A DNA stretch of 64,000 nt. Source: Steroidobacteraceae bacterium. Lineage in GTDB: Bacteria > Pseudomonadota > Gammaproteobacteria > Steroidobacterales > Steroidobacteraceae. Under the pieces are notes generated by a model. It was not told the origin of the DNA. It saw nothing but the letters and a program-made list of their open reading frames with translations, and searched no databases. This document shows, piece by piece, positions 37,903-47,159 of this stretch (position 1 is its first letter; every line of letters begins with the position of its first letter). Where the stretch lies: positions 6,556-70,555 of the forward strand of contig DASQOO010000115.1 of NCBI GenBank assembly GCA_035644435.1, given 5' to 3'. The translations under genes and the position numbers were made by a program.

Positions 37903-38526
37903 ATGGCAAGGATTGCAATCACACTGCTTGCCGTGCTCTGCGCGTCCGGATGCGACAGGACTGAAGCACCGACGTCGGCCAGCGGGACCGCGGCACAGGA
38001 CATCACGCTCGAGCAGCTGCGCAACGCCGAATACGCCTCGCAGTGGACCCGCTCGGGCAAGGCCCAGCTCGTGAACGGCCAGTACCGGGAATCGGCGGCG
38101 CCCGGCGCGGCTACCGAAATCGTCGTCAAGGCCACCCCCTACTACGCGATCGGGGATCTCGACGGCGATGGCAGCAACGATGCCGTCATCATCCTGGAGA
38201 GCGACCCCGGCGGGAGCGGCGTGTTCTTCGACCTGGTGCCAGTCCTGAACCAGCAGGGCCAGCCTCGGGTCCTGCCGCCCCTGCCGCTCGGCGATCGCGT
38301 CGAGATCAGCGGCATCAGCGTGGAAAATCGTGAAGTGCACGTCCGGTTGCTCAAGCACGGGCCGGACGATCCGCAATGCTGTCCCAGCCTCGATGTGACC
38401 CTGCGCTACCGGCTGGGGCCTGAGGGGCTCATCAACGAAGGTCAGGAACCGAGCCGCAGCAGTGCCGGGCCGGTGAGCCGAAAAACGGACCAGTCGTGGA
38501 TGCCGACAGCGCCCATGCGCTCATAG
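37903..38526 (+). CDS. Hypothetical lipoprotein
   Basis: Lipobox LLAVLCASGC. FG-GAP-like DLDGDGSNDAVI motif. The 3' end overlaps the convergent GNAT gene by 85 nt. Confidence 0.6.
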   Translation: MARIAITLLAVLCASGCDRTEAPTSASGTAAQDITLEQLRNAEYASQWTRSGKAQLVNGQYRESAAPGAATEIVVKATPYYAIGDLDGDGSNDAVIILESDPGGSGVFFDLVPVLNQQGQPRVLPPLPLGDRVEISGISVENREVHVRLLKHGPDDPQCCPSLDVTLRYRLGPEGLINEGQEPSRSSAGPVSRKTDQSWMPTAPMRS

Positions 38527-38912
38527 AACTCGATCGCGCGCTTGTTCCAGTCGAGCACCGCCCATTCCATCCGCGAACAGCCACGCTCCAGGGCGAGCCG
38601 CGCCAGGTGCCTGAGCAGCGCTTCGCCGATGCCCTGGCCACGGTGTTCGGGGCGCACGAACAGGTCCTCGAGATACAGGCCCGCGCGGCCCATGAAGGTC
38701 GAGTAGTTGTGGAAAAAGAGGGCGAACCCCACCGGCTGCTCGCCGAGGCAGGCAAGCACGCACTCGGCGACGGGTTTCTGACCGAAGAGCGCCTCTCGTA
38801 CCAGCGCCGGGGTCGCCACGACTTCGTGCAGAAGCTTCTCGTACTCGGCCAGCTCGTGGATCAGGCTGAGCACCACCTCCACGTCGGCGACGGTCGCCGG
38901 ACGGATTCGCAT
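38442..38912 (-). CDS. GNAT family N-acetyltransferase (diamine/SpeG-like)
   Basis: Acetyl-CoA motif RGQGIGEALLRHLARLA; EWAVLDWNKRAIEFYERMGA. Start chosen at MRIRPATVADV; an alternative start is at 38960. Confidence 0.85.
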   Translation of the reverse strand: MRIRPATVADVEVVLSLIHELAEYEKLLHEVVATPALVREALFGQKPVAECVLACLGEQPVGFALFFHNYSTFMGRAGLYLEDLFVRPEHRGQGIGEALLRHLARLALERGCSRMEWAVLDWNKRAIEFYERMGAVGIHDWSVFRLTGPALLRLGS

Positions 38913-39040
38913 CGTTTCGATCGCCGGCTGCGCGGCTGCAGGGTTCACTGATCTCTCCATCGTCACTTGAGTTCGGCTACCATCTCGCGCAGCCGGTACG
39001 GGCGGCAAATGACTGTGCACATGACTATCCCGCTCGCTCC

Positions 39041-39973
39041 ATGACAACGCAAGGCTGCCTCGCGCGCCGTGCCGGATCTGTGTCTGCCGTAATTCTCGCG
39101 CTCGCGCCCGTGATCGCGCATGGCGGCACGATTGCCGGCCGGATAGTTTTCCCGGGGCGAGACGTGCCGGACGCGATGATCTACGCGCACAACCTCGACA
39201 CGCAAGCGCAGTACCAGCAGCCGGTTCGCCGCGGCGAGGCGCGCTTCAGCCTCGATCTGCCCGCGGGCCGTTACTGGATCTTCGTGCGGCCGGAGGAGCC
39301 GGGGCTCGCGGGCCTGTATGGCGCGCACACGCAATTCACCGTATGCCGGCACACAACGGCCGCCGAAGCCACCTGCACGGATCATGGTCTGGCGACAGTG
39401 GAGCTGGAGGCGCAGGCCGAGCTGAACAGCGTCGACATCGACGACTGGATGCTGCCGGATGAAGCGGTGAGCGAGCTGGATCGGATCCTCGGCGGTGCGC
39501 CGAAGAGCGACGACGGCGCCGAGCTCGGGCGACCGCGCTTCTCGGAGTACCGGGTGCCCGCCGCGACGCTAGCAGCGACGGTCAGCGTCAATCCGGGGTC
39601 CGACGCGCATGCTGCTGAGCTCGAGCAGCTCGCGAGCGCCGCCCGCGAAGGACACAACTTTGCCGGCGGTTTTGCGCTGACGCGCCTGAGCTGCGGGGTG
39701 GATTGCGATGCGGTCGCGATCATCGATCTGCGCAATGGTTTGGTTGCCTTCCCCGAGCAGCTCGCGCATGTGTCGGGCTCACTTCCCTGCCGGGCGGGTG
39801 GCGGCATCGCGTTTCGCGATGACAGCCGGCTGCTCGAGTACACGCGCCGTGAGGGCGAGAGCGCCGTGACCGATTACCTGCTATGGGACACGGGGCAACG
39901 GAGCTTTTCGGTCATCGCCCAGTATCGGCGCAGTCTCGCGCGCTTCTGCGCTGCCCCCGCAGCGACGCCCTGA
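39041..39973 (+). CDS. Hypothetical secreted protein (N-terminal CarboxypepD_reg-like beta-sandwich?)
   Basis: Signal peptide. GTIAGRIVFPGRDVPDAMIYAH...ARFSLDLPAGRYWIFV resembles a carboxypeptidase-regulatory-like domain. The Cys-containing C-terminal domain has no motif I recognise. Confidence 0.5.
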   Translation: MTTQGCLARRAGSVSAVILALAPVIAHGGTIAGRIVFPGRDVPDAMIYAHNLDTQAQYQQPVRRGEARFSLDLPAGRYWIFVRPEEPGLAGLYGAHTQFTVCRHTTAAEATCTDHGLATVELEAQAELNSVDIDDWMLPDEAVSELDRILGGAPKSDDGAELGRPRFSEYRVPAATLAATVSVNPGSDAHAAELEQLASAAREGHNFAGGFALTRLSCGVDCDAVAIIDLRNGLVAFPEQLAHVSGSLPCRAGGGIAFRDDSRLLEYTRREGESAVTDYLLWDTGQRSFSVIAQYRRSLARFCAAPAATP

Positions 39974-39977
39974 GCGG

Positions 39978-40886
39978 TTATTCGGCCACGTACCAGCGAT
40001 CGTCGACCCTTTCCAGCACGAAGCGATCGAAGGGCAGGCCCTGGCCGCGCAGATCGTAGATCGCACGCGCACCGTTCTGTTCGTAGGCGGGCGCCATGCG
40101 CCGCGCCAGCTCCAGTGCGGCGATGTACGTCTCGCGCGTGTCCTCGTACGTCGTGCATTGCTCGATCAGCGTCTGCAGGGCCTTGGGCGCAGTCATGCTG
40201 CGGAAGTTCGGGCTCATGCGCTCGTTGAAGAAGCCCGCGCAATCTCCGTTCTTGAGAGCCGTGGAGCCCGCCCGGAGAAACTCGAGGATCTCCGGCGTAT
40301 TCGCAGTTTTCGCCCCCGCACTCGCGCGGCTCTCCGGCGCCACCAGCGCCGCATCGAGCCGCGCCTGGAACGCGTACGGAATCGTGACGCGCCATTCCTT
40401 GCCGTAACGGACCAGGCTGACGAGCGCCACGCGGCTGCGGATATCGCTGTCCGCCGGCGGTGAGATCCGTGCCACGACGTGACTCAGCTGCGAGTTCTCG
40501 TCGACCACGCCGAGAACCTTGATCTCGCCGACCCGTTCGGTGGGCAGACCGAGACGCCGCGCGACGGCGACAAAAAGATTGCCGGGCGTCAGGCGCCTGA
40601 TTTCCTCCATGGTGGAAGTGCCGAAGAGTCGCTCGCGCGCCGCATGGCTGCCGTGAGCCGCTTCCTCATCCAGCGCCTTGAGCACGCGGTTGCGCAGATC
40701 CTCGACTTCGCCCGGATGGAAGAACTCGAGCAATGCTTCGGGCTGTCCCGTCGCAGCGCCCTCGAGGTAAGCCTTGGCGATCTTGTCCTGCTGACCCGCG
40801 GCGCTCGCGAGCACCGGGAAGCCGAGCATCAACAACGCTGCGAGCCCGAGCGCGTAGCGCGGATTGACGCGGGATCCAGATGTCAT
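39978..40886 (-). CDS. Hypothetical secreted protein
   Basis: GGAGG SD before the ATG at 40886. Signal peptide LAALLMLGFPVLASA. No recognisable domain. Confidence 0.55.
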   Translation of the reverse strand: MTSGSRVNPRYALGLAALLMLGFPVLASAAGQQDKIAKAYLEGAATGQPEALLEFFHPGEVEDLRNRVLKALDEEAAHGSHAARERLFGTSTMEEIRRLTPGNLFVAVARRLGLPTERVGEIKVLGVVDENSQLSHVVARISPPADSDIRSRVALVSLVRYGKEWRVTIPYAFQARLDAALVAPESRASAGAKTANTPEILEFLRAGSTALKNGDCAGFFNERMSPNFRSMTAPKALQTLIEQCTTYEDTRETYIAALELARRMAPAYEQNGARAIYDLRGQGLPFDRFVLERVDDRWYVAE

Positions 40887-41004
40887 TCGTTCCTCCATCC
40901 GGTGCGGCTGCGGCCGATTATTGACGGCGCCCGCGCGCTGATGCAAAGCCGCCGCGGCGTACAATGCGCCGTCGCAAGCTGCGGCGCTGACCGGCGGAGC
41001 CCGC

Positions 41005-41619
41005 ATGATGACGAAACTCTGGAACCTGCTGATGAAGGGCCTGGCCGCGGTGCTGCCGGTCGGCCTGACGATCTATCTCGTCATCTGGCTGGGCACGAAC
41101 ACCGAAGCGGTATTGCGCGATCTCATCACGTTCGTGTTGCCGAGCGTGCACTACTGGCCGGGCCTCGGTCTCATCGTCGGATTCCTGCTGCTGCTGGGCG
41201 CGGGTCTCATCGTCAATGCCTACGTCGTGCGCTGGTTCCTCGCGCAGTGGGACCAGTTTCTCGAGCGTATTCCACTGGTGAAGACGGTCTATGGGGCACT
41301 GCGCGACCTGGTGAAGTTCCTCCCTTCCGAGGGGCGGCGCCGCGATCTCAGGCGCGTGGTGGCGGCGAGCTTCGGAGAGGCCTATGTCATCGGATTCGTC
41401 ACACGCGAGTCGGCGCCGGAACTCGACGCGGCAGCGGGAAGCGGCGTGGTCGGCGTCTATTTTCCGATGAGCTACCAGATCGGCGGCTTTACGCTCTACC
41501 TGCCGCGCGAGCGGCTCACGCCGCTCGACATCGGCGTGGAGGAGGCGATGCGCCTGGTGCTGACAGGCGGCATGTCGGCCGGTGGCGATACCGCAGCCCG
41601 TTCGCTCGCGAGCGCGTGA
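41005..41619 (+). CDS. DUF502 domain-containing membrane protein
   Basis: Two N-terminal TM helices and a DUF502-like core (IPLVKTVYGALRD...GFVT...VYFPMSYQIGGFTLY). Confidence 0.75.
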   Translation: MMTKLWNLLMKGLAAVLPVGLTIYLVIWLGTNTEAVLRDLITFVLPSVHYWPGLGLIVGFLLLLGAGLIVNAYVVRWFLAQWDQFLERIPLVKTVYGALRDLVKFLPSEGRRRDLRRVVAASFGEAYVIGFVTRESAPELDAAAGSGVVGVYFPMSYQIGGFTLYLPRERLTPLDIGVEEAMRLVLTGGMSAGGDTAARSLASA

Positions 41620-42572
41620 ACCTTGAGCTCGACGCTGATCGGGTAATGATCGGAACCGAGGAATGCCCCGATACGAAAGCCGCTGGCATGCACCTGCGCA
41701 TTCGCCAGGCAGTGATCGATCTGGATCTGGAGCGGCAGCAGCAGAGCCGGCCAGGTTCCCTGCGGGCCCATCCCTTCCGCGCAGCTGCGCAGCTCTCCAT
41801 CGCTCAACAGGTGCTGAAAGCGCGACGAATACGGCGTAACGTTGAGGTCGCCGATGATGGCGAACGCGCCGTGATGCTCATGCGCCAGCCGCGCCAGCGC
41901 GGCGAGCTGAGTGTCGCGAATCGCGGCGTGTCGCGGACCCAGCGGCCATGACAGGTGAGTGGCGATGAACGTGATTGGGCCCCCGGCATCCGGCAACGTG
42001 AACTGAAGCGAGGACACGCCGTTACCACCCAGGTCGATGACGTGACTCTCGAGCGGCGCGCGGCGACTCATGACCGCGAGGCCCGAAACGTCGTCCCCGA
42101 CGTGCACCCAGCGGAATGCATAGTCCGGCGCGAGCTCTTCGAGCGCGGGCGCCCAGGCCGGCGTCACTTCGATCAGCACCAGCACGTCGGGCGCTTCGCG
42201 GCGCACGAACTGCACCATGCGCTGGTATTCCCGGCTGTACTTGAAGACGTTGAAGGACAGCACCCTGATCGGGGTGCCGGCTGCATCCGGCGCTGCGAGC
42301 GCGGAACCTACAAATTGCGGAACAATCGGTGGCAGGTTGGCGAGCGTTGCGAGGACACTCATCGCGACCAGCGCGGGGCGCTTCATCGTCCCCAGGCCAA
42401 TTGCGAGGAGCGAGCCGAGCACGCAGTACTGGACACGGAAGTGGGCAAAGAGATCGCAGAACCAGGACCAGGCCCCGGCATAGCCGAGCAGGGTCGCCAG
42501 CACCAGGATCGCCAGCAGTACGGTACAAATCCGCTCGATCCGCGGGCGTGGGGGTGCACCGTTCATGGGCAC
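41496..42572 (-). CDS. Membrane-anchored endonuclease/exonuclease/phosphatase (EEP) family protein
   Basis: Three N-terminal TM helices, then EEP motifs (RVLSFNV, LVLIEV, IIGDLN, GSDHYP). The 3' tail overlaps DUF502 by 124 nt. Confidence 0.75.
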   Translation of the reverse strand: MPMNGAPPRPRIERICTVLLAILVLATLLGYAGAWSWFCDLFAHFRVQYCVLGSLLAIGLGTMKRPALVAMSVLATLANLPPIVPQFVGSALAAPDAAGTPIRVLSFNVFKYSREYQRMVQFVRREAPDVLVLIEVTPAWAPALEELAPDYAFRWVHVGDDVSGLAVMSRRAPLESHVIDLGGNGVSSLQFTLPDAGGPITFIATHLSWPLGPRHAAIRDTQLAALARLAHEHHGAFAIIGDLNVTPYSSRFQHLLSDGELRSCAEGMGPQGTWPALLLPLQIQIDHCLANAQVHASGFRIGAFLGSDHYPISVELKVHALASERAAVSPPADMPPVSTRRIASSTPMSSGVSRSRGR

Positions 42573-42731
42573 GGCACCGGGCGGTCGGGACTCATTTCAC
42601 AGAATCGAGGTGACGCAGTGCAGCATGCGTTGTCTCGTGTGACAGAGCCCGTATCGTATGCCGGTCGGCGCGCCGCGGGACTACGACAGCATCGCGAATC
42701 CAGGCGCGCAGGCGAAGGACTCTAGTCGCCC

Positions 42732-44849
42732 GTGGCAAGCCGCCCGAACCCAATCCCCGAAGATCCCGCGATCGCACAGGTCGCGGCGCAGCTGTCGGCC
42801 GCCGGGCAGTCGATCGATATTCTCGCCCTGACCTCGGACGCCGAGCTGCTCGCGATCCTGCGCGAGGCGGTCGGCGGATCGCGCCGTGTCCTCGATGCCC
42901 GTACTTCCGAGCAGGTCGGCGAGCTGATGATGGCTGGAAAAGTGGGTGTCGTGGTCGTCGACACGCTCGCCACTGGCGATGACTCGGCGGCATTCTGCGA
43001 GCAGCTTCGCTCCCAGTTCCCGGACCTGGTGCTGATCGTCGCTGGAACCACCGACGACCAGACACAGCTCATCAAGCAGATCACCGCGGGCGATATCTAC
43101 CGCTTCCTGCACAAGCCGGTGTCCCCGCCGCGCGCGCGGCAGTTCCTCGAGGCCGGGATCCGCCGGCACATGGAAGGGCGCACCTTCACGCCGGCCGACA
43201 TGGCGCCGCCGCCGCGACGCGGACTGATGCCGGCGATTTTCGTCCTGATCGCGCTCGTGATCATCGGGGCTACCGCCGCCGCCTACTATTTCCTGAGAGA
43301 GAAGCCGCCCGAAAGCGCCTCTCGACCCGCAGAGCAAGCCGCGACGAGTGCTCCTGCGCCAAGCGAGCTCAGAACTGCATCCTCCCCGACCGCGCCCGCC
43401 GCCAACGAAACAACGACGGCGCCCGCACAGGCACCGGCACCCGAGCCGACGCCCGTGAAGCCGACAACGCAGAGACCGAAGCCAGCCGATGATCGCAGCG
43501 CCACTCTTGCGGCAGCCGCGGCCGCTTTTGGCGCCGGGCGACTGATCGCGCCCCCGGGTAACAATGCGCTGGAACTATACCGGCGCGTGTTGACCGCACG
43601 CCCCGGGGATCCGGAAGCGGAGGCGGGACTCGACAAGATCGCCGACCAGCTCCTGACCAGCGCCGAAACCGCGATGCTCGAAGAGCGCGTCGACGATGCC
43701 GCGCGCGCCATCGAGGATGCGCGCACTGTGCGGCCCAACAACATGCGGCTCGCGTTCCTGAGCGCCCAGCTCGGCAAGGAACGCGAGCGACGCCTCATTG
43801 CGCTTGCGCGTCAGGCCGCGGAAAGCGGCAATTTCGCCCGCGCCGAAGGCTACCTGGATCGCGCCGCACAGGACCAGAAGACGGTTTCACCGCTCCTGGC
43901 ACAGGCACGGCGCGAGCTCGCGCAGCATCGTGTCGGCACGAATGCCGATAACCTGCTCAAGAAGGCCAACGAGAGATTGCAGAACGGCAAGCTCATCGCG
44001 CCGGAAGGCGACAGCGCGGAAACCTTCATCCTCGCCGCACTCGCGGCCGATCCCAAGAATGTGACGGCACAGCAGGCGCGACGCACCCTGGCTGACCAGA
44101 CGGTGGCCAGGGCGCGGCAGGCGGTCGATGCGGGAGATTTCGCTGCCGCCGAGCAGTGGCTGAAGCACGCAGACAGCCTCGGTGCCAATGTGCGCGGTAT
44201 GCAACGCGACCTCGACAAGGCGCGCCAGACCAACACTCGTAGCGAACAGCAGACGCAGCTTGCCGCACGGCTCGATGAGCGCATCGCCCAGGGCCGGCTG
44301 AGCACGCCCGAACGCGACAACGCGGTCTACTACTGGCGCGAGCTCAGGGCCGCTGATCCGCAGAACGCGCGCCTGCAGCCGGCGTTGCAGAGCATCGGCG
44401 CGGGACTGCTGCAGCAGTCGCAAGCCAGCCTGGGCAAGGGCGACGTGGTCGCGGCGCAGGCCGCGGTCGACCAGGCGAAGGCGCTGGGATTCTCCTCCGC
44501 CGCGCTCACGGCGTTCGAGTCGCAGATCGCGGCGACCCGCGAACGCGGGCTGTTCATGGCCAACGTGATCGATGCGGCGACTCTGGCGCGCGACAAGTAC
44601 GTCGCGCCGCGCTATCCGGTTGCCGCACAGAATAGGGGCACCACCGGATGGGTGGAGCTCGAGTTCACGGTGGGAGCCGATGGCGCGGTGAAGGATGCCA
44701 TGGTGTTTCGCGCCGACCCTGCAGGGACCTTCGACGACGCCGCGCTCAAGGCTGTGTCCCAGTGGCGTTATCGACCCATCGTTCGCAATGGCCAGGCCGT
44801 CGAGCAGCGGGCACGCCTGAGAATGCGGTTCATGCTCGACAAGTCATAG
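42732..44849 (+). CDS. REC-like domain / TM / repeat region / TonB C-terminal domain protein
   Basis: aa 28-145 are receiver-like (D36, VVVVD77, AGT106, HK128P). TM at aa 165-187. Pro/Ala-rich linker. Three roughly 100-aa repeats (G[RK]LIAPxG / GRLSTPE). TonB_C (YPVAAQNRGTTGWVELEFTV...AVSQWRYRP). GTG start. Confidence 0.75.
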   Translation: MASRPNPIPEDPAIAQVAAQLSAAGQSIDILALTSDAELLAILREAVGGSRRVLDARTSEQVGELMMAGKVGVVVVDTLATGDDSAAFCEQLRSQFPDLVLIVAGTTDDQTQLIKQITAGDIYRFLHKPVSPPRARQFLEAGIRRHMEGRTFTPADMAPPPRRGLMPAIFVLIALVIIGATAAAYYFLREKPPESASRPAEQAATSAPAPSELRTASSPTAPAANETTTAPAQAPAPEPTPVKPTTQRPKPADDRSATLAAAAAAFGAGRLIAPPGNNALELYRRVLTARPGDPEAEAGLDKIADQLLTSAETAMLEERVDDAARAIEDARTVRPNNMRLAFLSAQLGKERERRLIALARQAAESGNFARAEGYLDRAAQDQKTVSPLLAQARRELAQHRVGTNADNLLKKANERLQNGKLIAPEGDSAETFILAALAADPKNVTAQQARRTLADQTVARARQAVDAGDFAAAEQWLKHADSLGANVRGMQRDLDKARQTNTRSEQQTQLAARLDERIAQGRLSTPERDNAVYYWRELRAADPQNARLQPALQSIGAGLLQQSQASLGKGDVVAAQAAVDQAKALGFSSAALTAFESQIAATRERGLFMANVIDAATLARDKYVAPRYPVAAQNRGTTGWVELEFTVGADGAVKDAMVFRADPAGTFDDAALKAVSQWRYRPIVRNGQAVEQRARLRMRFMLDKS

Positions 44850-44877
44850 CCGCGGCTGCGCCGCAGCCCCTTTCGCT

Positions 44878-47154
44878 TCAAGCCCGAACCGCCAGCTTCA
44901 CCAGTTCCGGTGCGATAGGCAGGCGCCTCACGCGAATGCCACGGGCCGCAAAGATAGCGTTCGCCAGTGCCGGAGCAATCGGCGGCAGTGGACATTCACC
45001 CATGCCCACCGGATCACGCTGGCTCGGCACGATGTGAACCTCGACCTCGGCCGGCGCCTCGGCCATGCGCAGCAACGGGTAGTCGTTGAAATTGCTCTGC
45101 TCGACGCGTCCGTCGCGGATCGTGATCTGCGGATGCAGCGCGTGGGACAGGCCATCGATGACACCGCTCTGCATCTGCGCTTCGACGCCCAGCGGGTTGA
45201 CCGCGCGACCGCAATCGACGGCGCCCGTAACCTTGAGCACGCGTACGCCGCCGCGTTCGTCGACTTCCGCCTCGACGACCTGCGCGACGTAGCCACCAAA
45301 CGTGAAGTGACCCGCGATGCCGCGACCGCGCCCGGGCGGCAGCGGCCTGCCCCATCCGCCTTTCTCGGCGGCGAGCCTTAGCACCGCGGCGAGTCGACCG
45401 GTGTCAAAGATTGGTCCGCCGTGATCGCTGTACTTGAGCTCACGACCAGCGCCCAGTAGCGCAAGGCGCAACTCGAGCGGGTCGCGCTTGAGGCCGCTGG
45501 CGATTTCATCCAGGAACGACTGCACCACGAACGCGTTGGCGGTGTGTGCGGGCGCCCGCCACGAACCGCGGGCGGCACCCGAGCGCATCGAGTGATATTC
45601 GAGCCGGTAGTTCGGCACCAGCGCGGCGGGGAAATCGTCCGCATAGAGCTCGGACGTCCAATCGTCCTCGGGCTTGACGTCTTCGCGGCGATAGTACTTG
45701 GAGGCACTGGCGAGCCGGTGAGTCCAGCTTACGAGCTTGCCCTGCGCATCGAATCCGGCACGCAGCTCGTGCAGCCCGGTCGGACGATAGAAGTCGTTGC
45801 GCAGATCGTCTTCGCGCGTCCACAGCACCTGCACCGGTGCCTGGACCGACTTGGACACCAGCACCGCTTCGGCCACGTAGTCCGCGCTCAGCCGGCGACC
45901 AAAGCCGCCGCCGAGACGCGTCATGCGCACATCGATGTTCAGCCGGTCGAGACCGGTGAGGCGCGCCGCCATGCGCGAAGCGTTACCCGGCATCTGTATC
46001 GGAGCAATGATTTCGCAGCGATCCGCCCGCACCCAGGCCACGCAGTTCTGCGGTTCCAGCGTGCAGTGGCTCACGTACGGCAACCAGTAGCGCGCCTCGA
46101 ACGTCCGGGCAGCCGCGGCGTGTGCCGTGTCGAAGTCGCCATCGTTACGGACCACCTTGCCTTTCCTGGCCAACGCCCGCGCGCACTGCTGTTCGAAGGC
46201 GGTGGTGTTCTCGTCGGCAAAAGGACCCGGCTTCCACTTGATCTTGAGACGCTCGCGTCCCTGCATCGCCGCCCAGGTCGAGTCGGCCACTACCGCGATC
46301 GCCGAGGCCAGCACCGTGTAGGGCTTGGTCCCCGGTTCGGCATCCACGCGCACGACGTGGCGCACGCCGGGTACCTTCATCGCCTCGCTCGCGTCGTAGC
46401 TTTCGATCCCGCCGTCGAACGACGGGCAGCGCGCCAGCACTGCATGCAGGAGGCCCGGCAGGCGCGCATCGATGCCAAAGCCGGCGCTTCCGGTCACGAT
46501 ATCGCGGCCGTCGAGCAGGCGGGTTGGTGTACCGATGATGCGATAGGTTGCGGGATCCTTGAGCTTCGGTTCGGCATGCGGCGCCTTGAGCAGGGCCGCA
46601 GCGGCTGCAAGTTCGCCGTAGCTCGCGGCGCGACCTGAAGAGCGATGAACGACGCGACTCGGTTCGGTGGCACACGCAGCCGGATCGACGTGCCAGCGTT
46701 CGGCGGCGGCCAGGATCAGCATTTCGCGGGCGCGCGCACCAACCTGCCGCAGCAGCACCCAGTTCTCACTGACGCTGGTGCTGCCGCCAGCGCCCTGGCT
46801 CACGCCATCGTACTTCCAGGTGTAACCCTCGCCCTTGGGATTGCGCATGATCCCGAGCGGCATCTGCTCGACGCGCACGCTGCGCCAATCGACGTCGAGC
46901 TCCTCGGCGATCAGCATCGGGAGCGAGGTGCGCACGCCCTGTCCCATGTCGGGATTCGGTGTGCCCAGCGTCACGGTGCCGTCCGGATCGATGCGCACGA
47001 AATAGCCGAGTTGGCCGCCGGAGGTCGCTGCCCGGCCCGAATCCTCGGCTGCGCCGAGACCAATCAGCAGTCCGCCGCCCACGGCGACCGAGACACACAG
47101 GAAATCGCGCCGGCTCAGCGTCGGCGAGGCATTCGCCAATGCCGTGCGCTGCAT
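44878..47154 (-). CDS. Tat-exported molybdopterin-binding oxidoreductase subunit (IorB / aldehyde-oxidase beta-subunit family)
   Basis: Start MQRTALANASPTLSRRDFLCVSVAVGGGLLIG carries a twin-arginine signal. Length (758 aa) and sequence resemble isoquinoline 1-oxidoreductase beta subunits. The 990-aa track ORF is an artefactual 5' extension running through the LytTR gene. Confidence 0.8.
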   Translation of the reverse strand: MQRTALANASPTLSRRDFLCVSVAVGGGLLIGLGAAEDSGRAATSGGQLGYFVRIDPDGTVTLGTPNPDMGQGVRTSLPMLIAEELDVDWRSVRVEQMPLGIMRNPKGEGYTWKYDGVSQGAGGSTSVSENWVLLRQVGARAREMLILAAAERWHVDPAACATEPSRVVHRSSGRAASYGELAAAAALLKAPHAEPKLKDPATYRIIGTPTRLLDGRDIVTGSAGFGIDARLPGLLHAVLARCPSFDGGIESYDASEAMKVPGVRHVVRVDAEPGTKPYTVLASAIAVVADSTWAAMQGRERLKIKWKPGPFADENTTAFEQQCARALARKGKVVRNDGDFDTAHAAAARTFEARYWLPYVSHCTLEPQNCVAWVRADRCEIIAPIQMPGNASRMAARLTGLDRLNIDVRMTRLGGGFGRRLSADYVAEAVLVSKSVQAPVQVLWTREDDLRNDFYRPTGLHELRAGFDAQGKLVSWTHRLASASKYYRREDVKPEDDWTSELYADDFPAALVPNYRLEYHSMRSGAARGSWRAPAHTANAFVVQSFLDEIASGLKRDPLELRLALLGAGRELKYSDHGGPIFDTGRLAAVLRLAAEKGGWGRPLPPGRGRGIAGHFTFGGYVAQVVEAEVDERGGVRVLKVTGAVDCGRAVNPLGVEAQMQSGVIDGLSHALHPQITIRDGRVEQSNFNDYPLLRMAEAPAEVEVHIVPSQRDPVGMGECPLPPIAPALANAIFAARGIRVRRLPIAPELVKLAVRA

Positions 47155-47159
47155 CTGCG

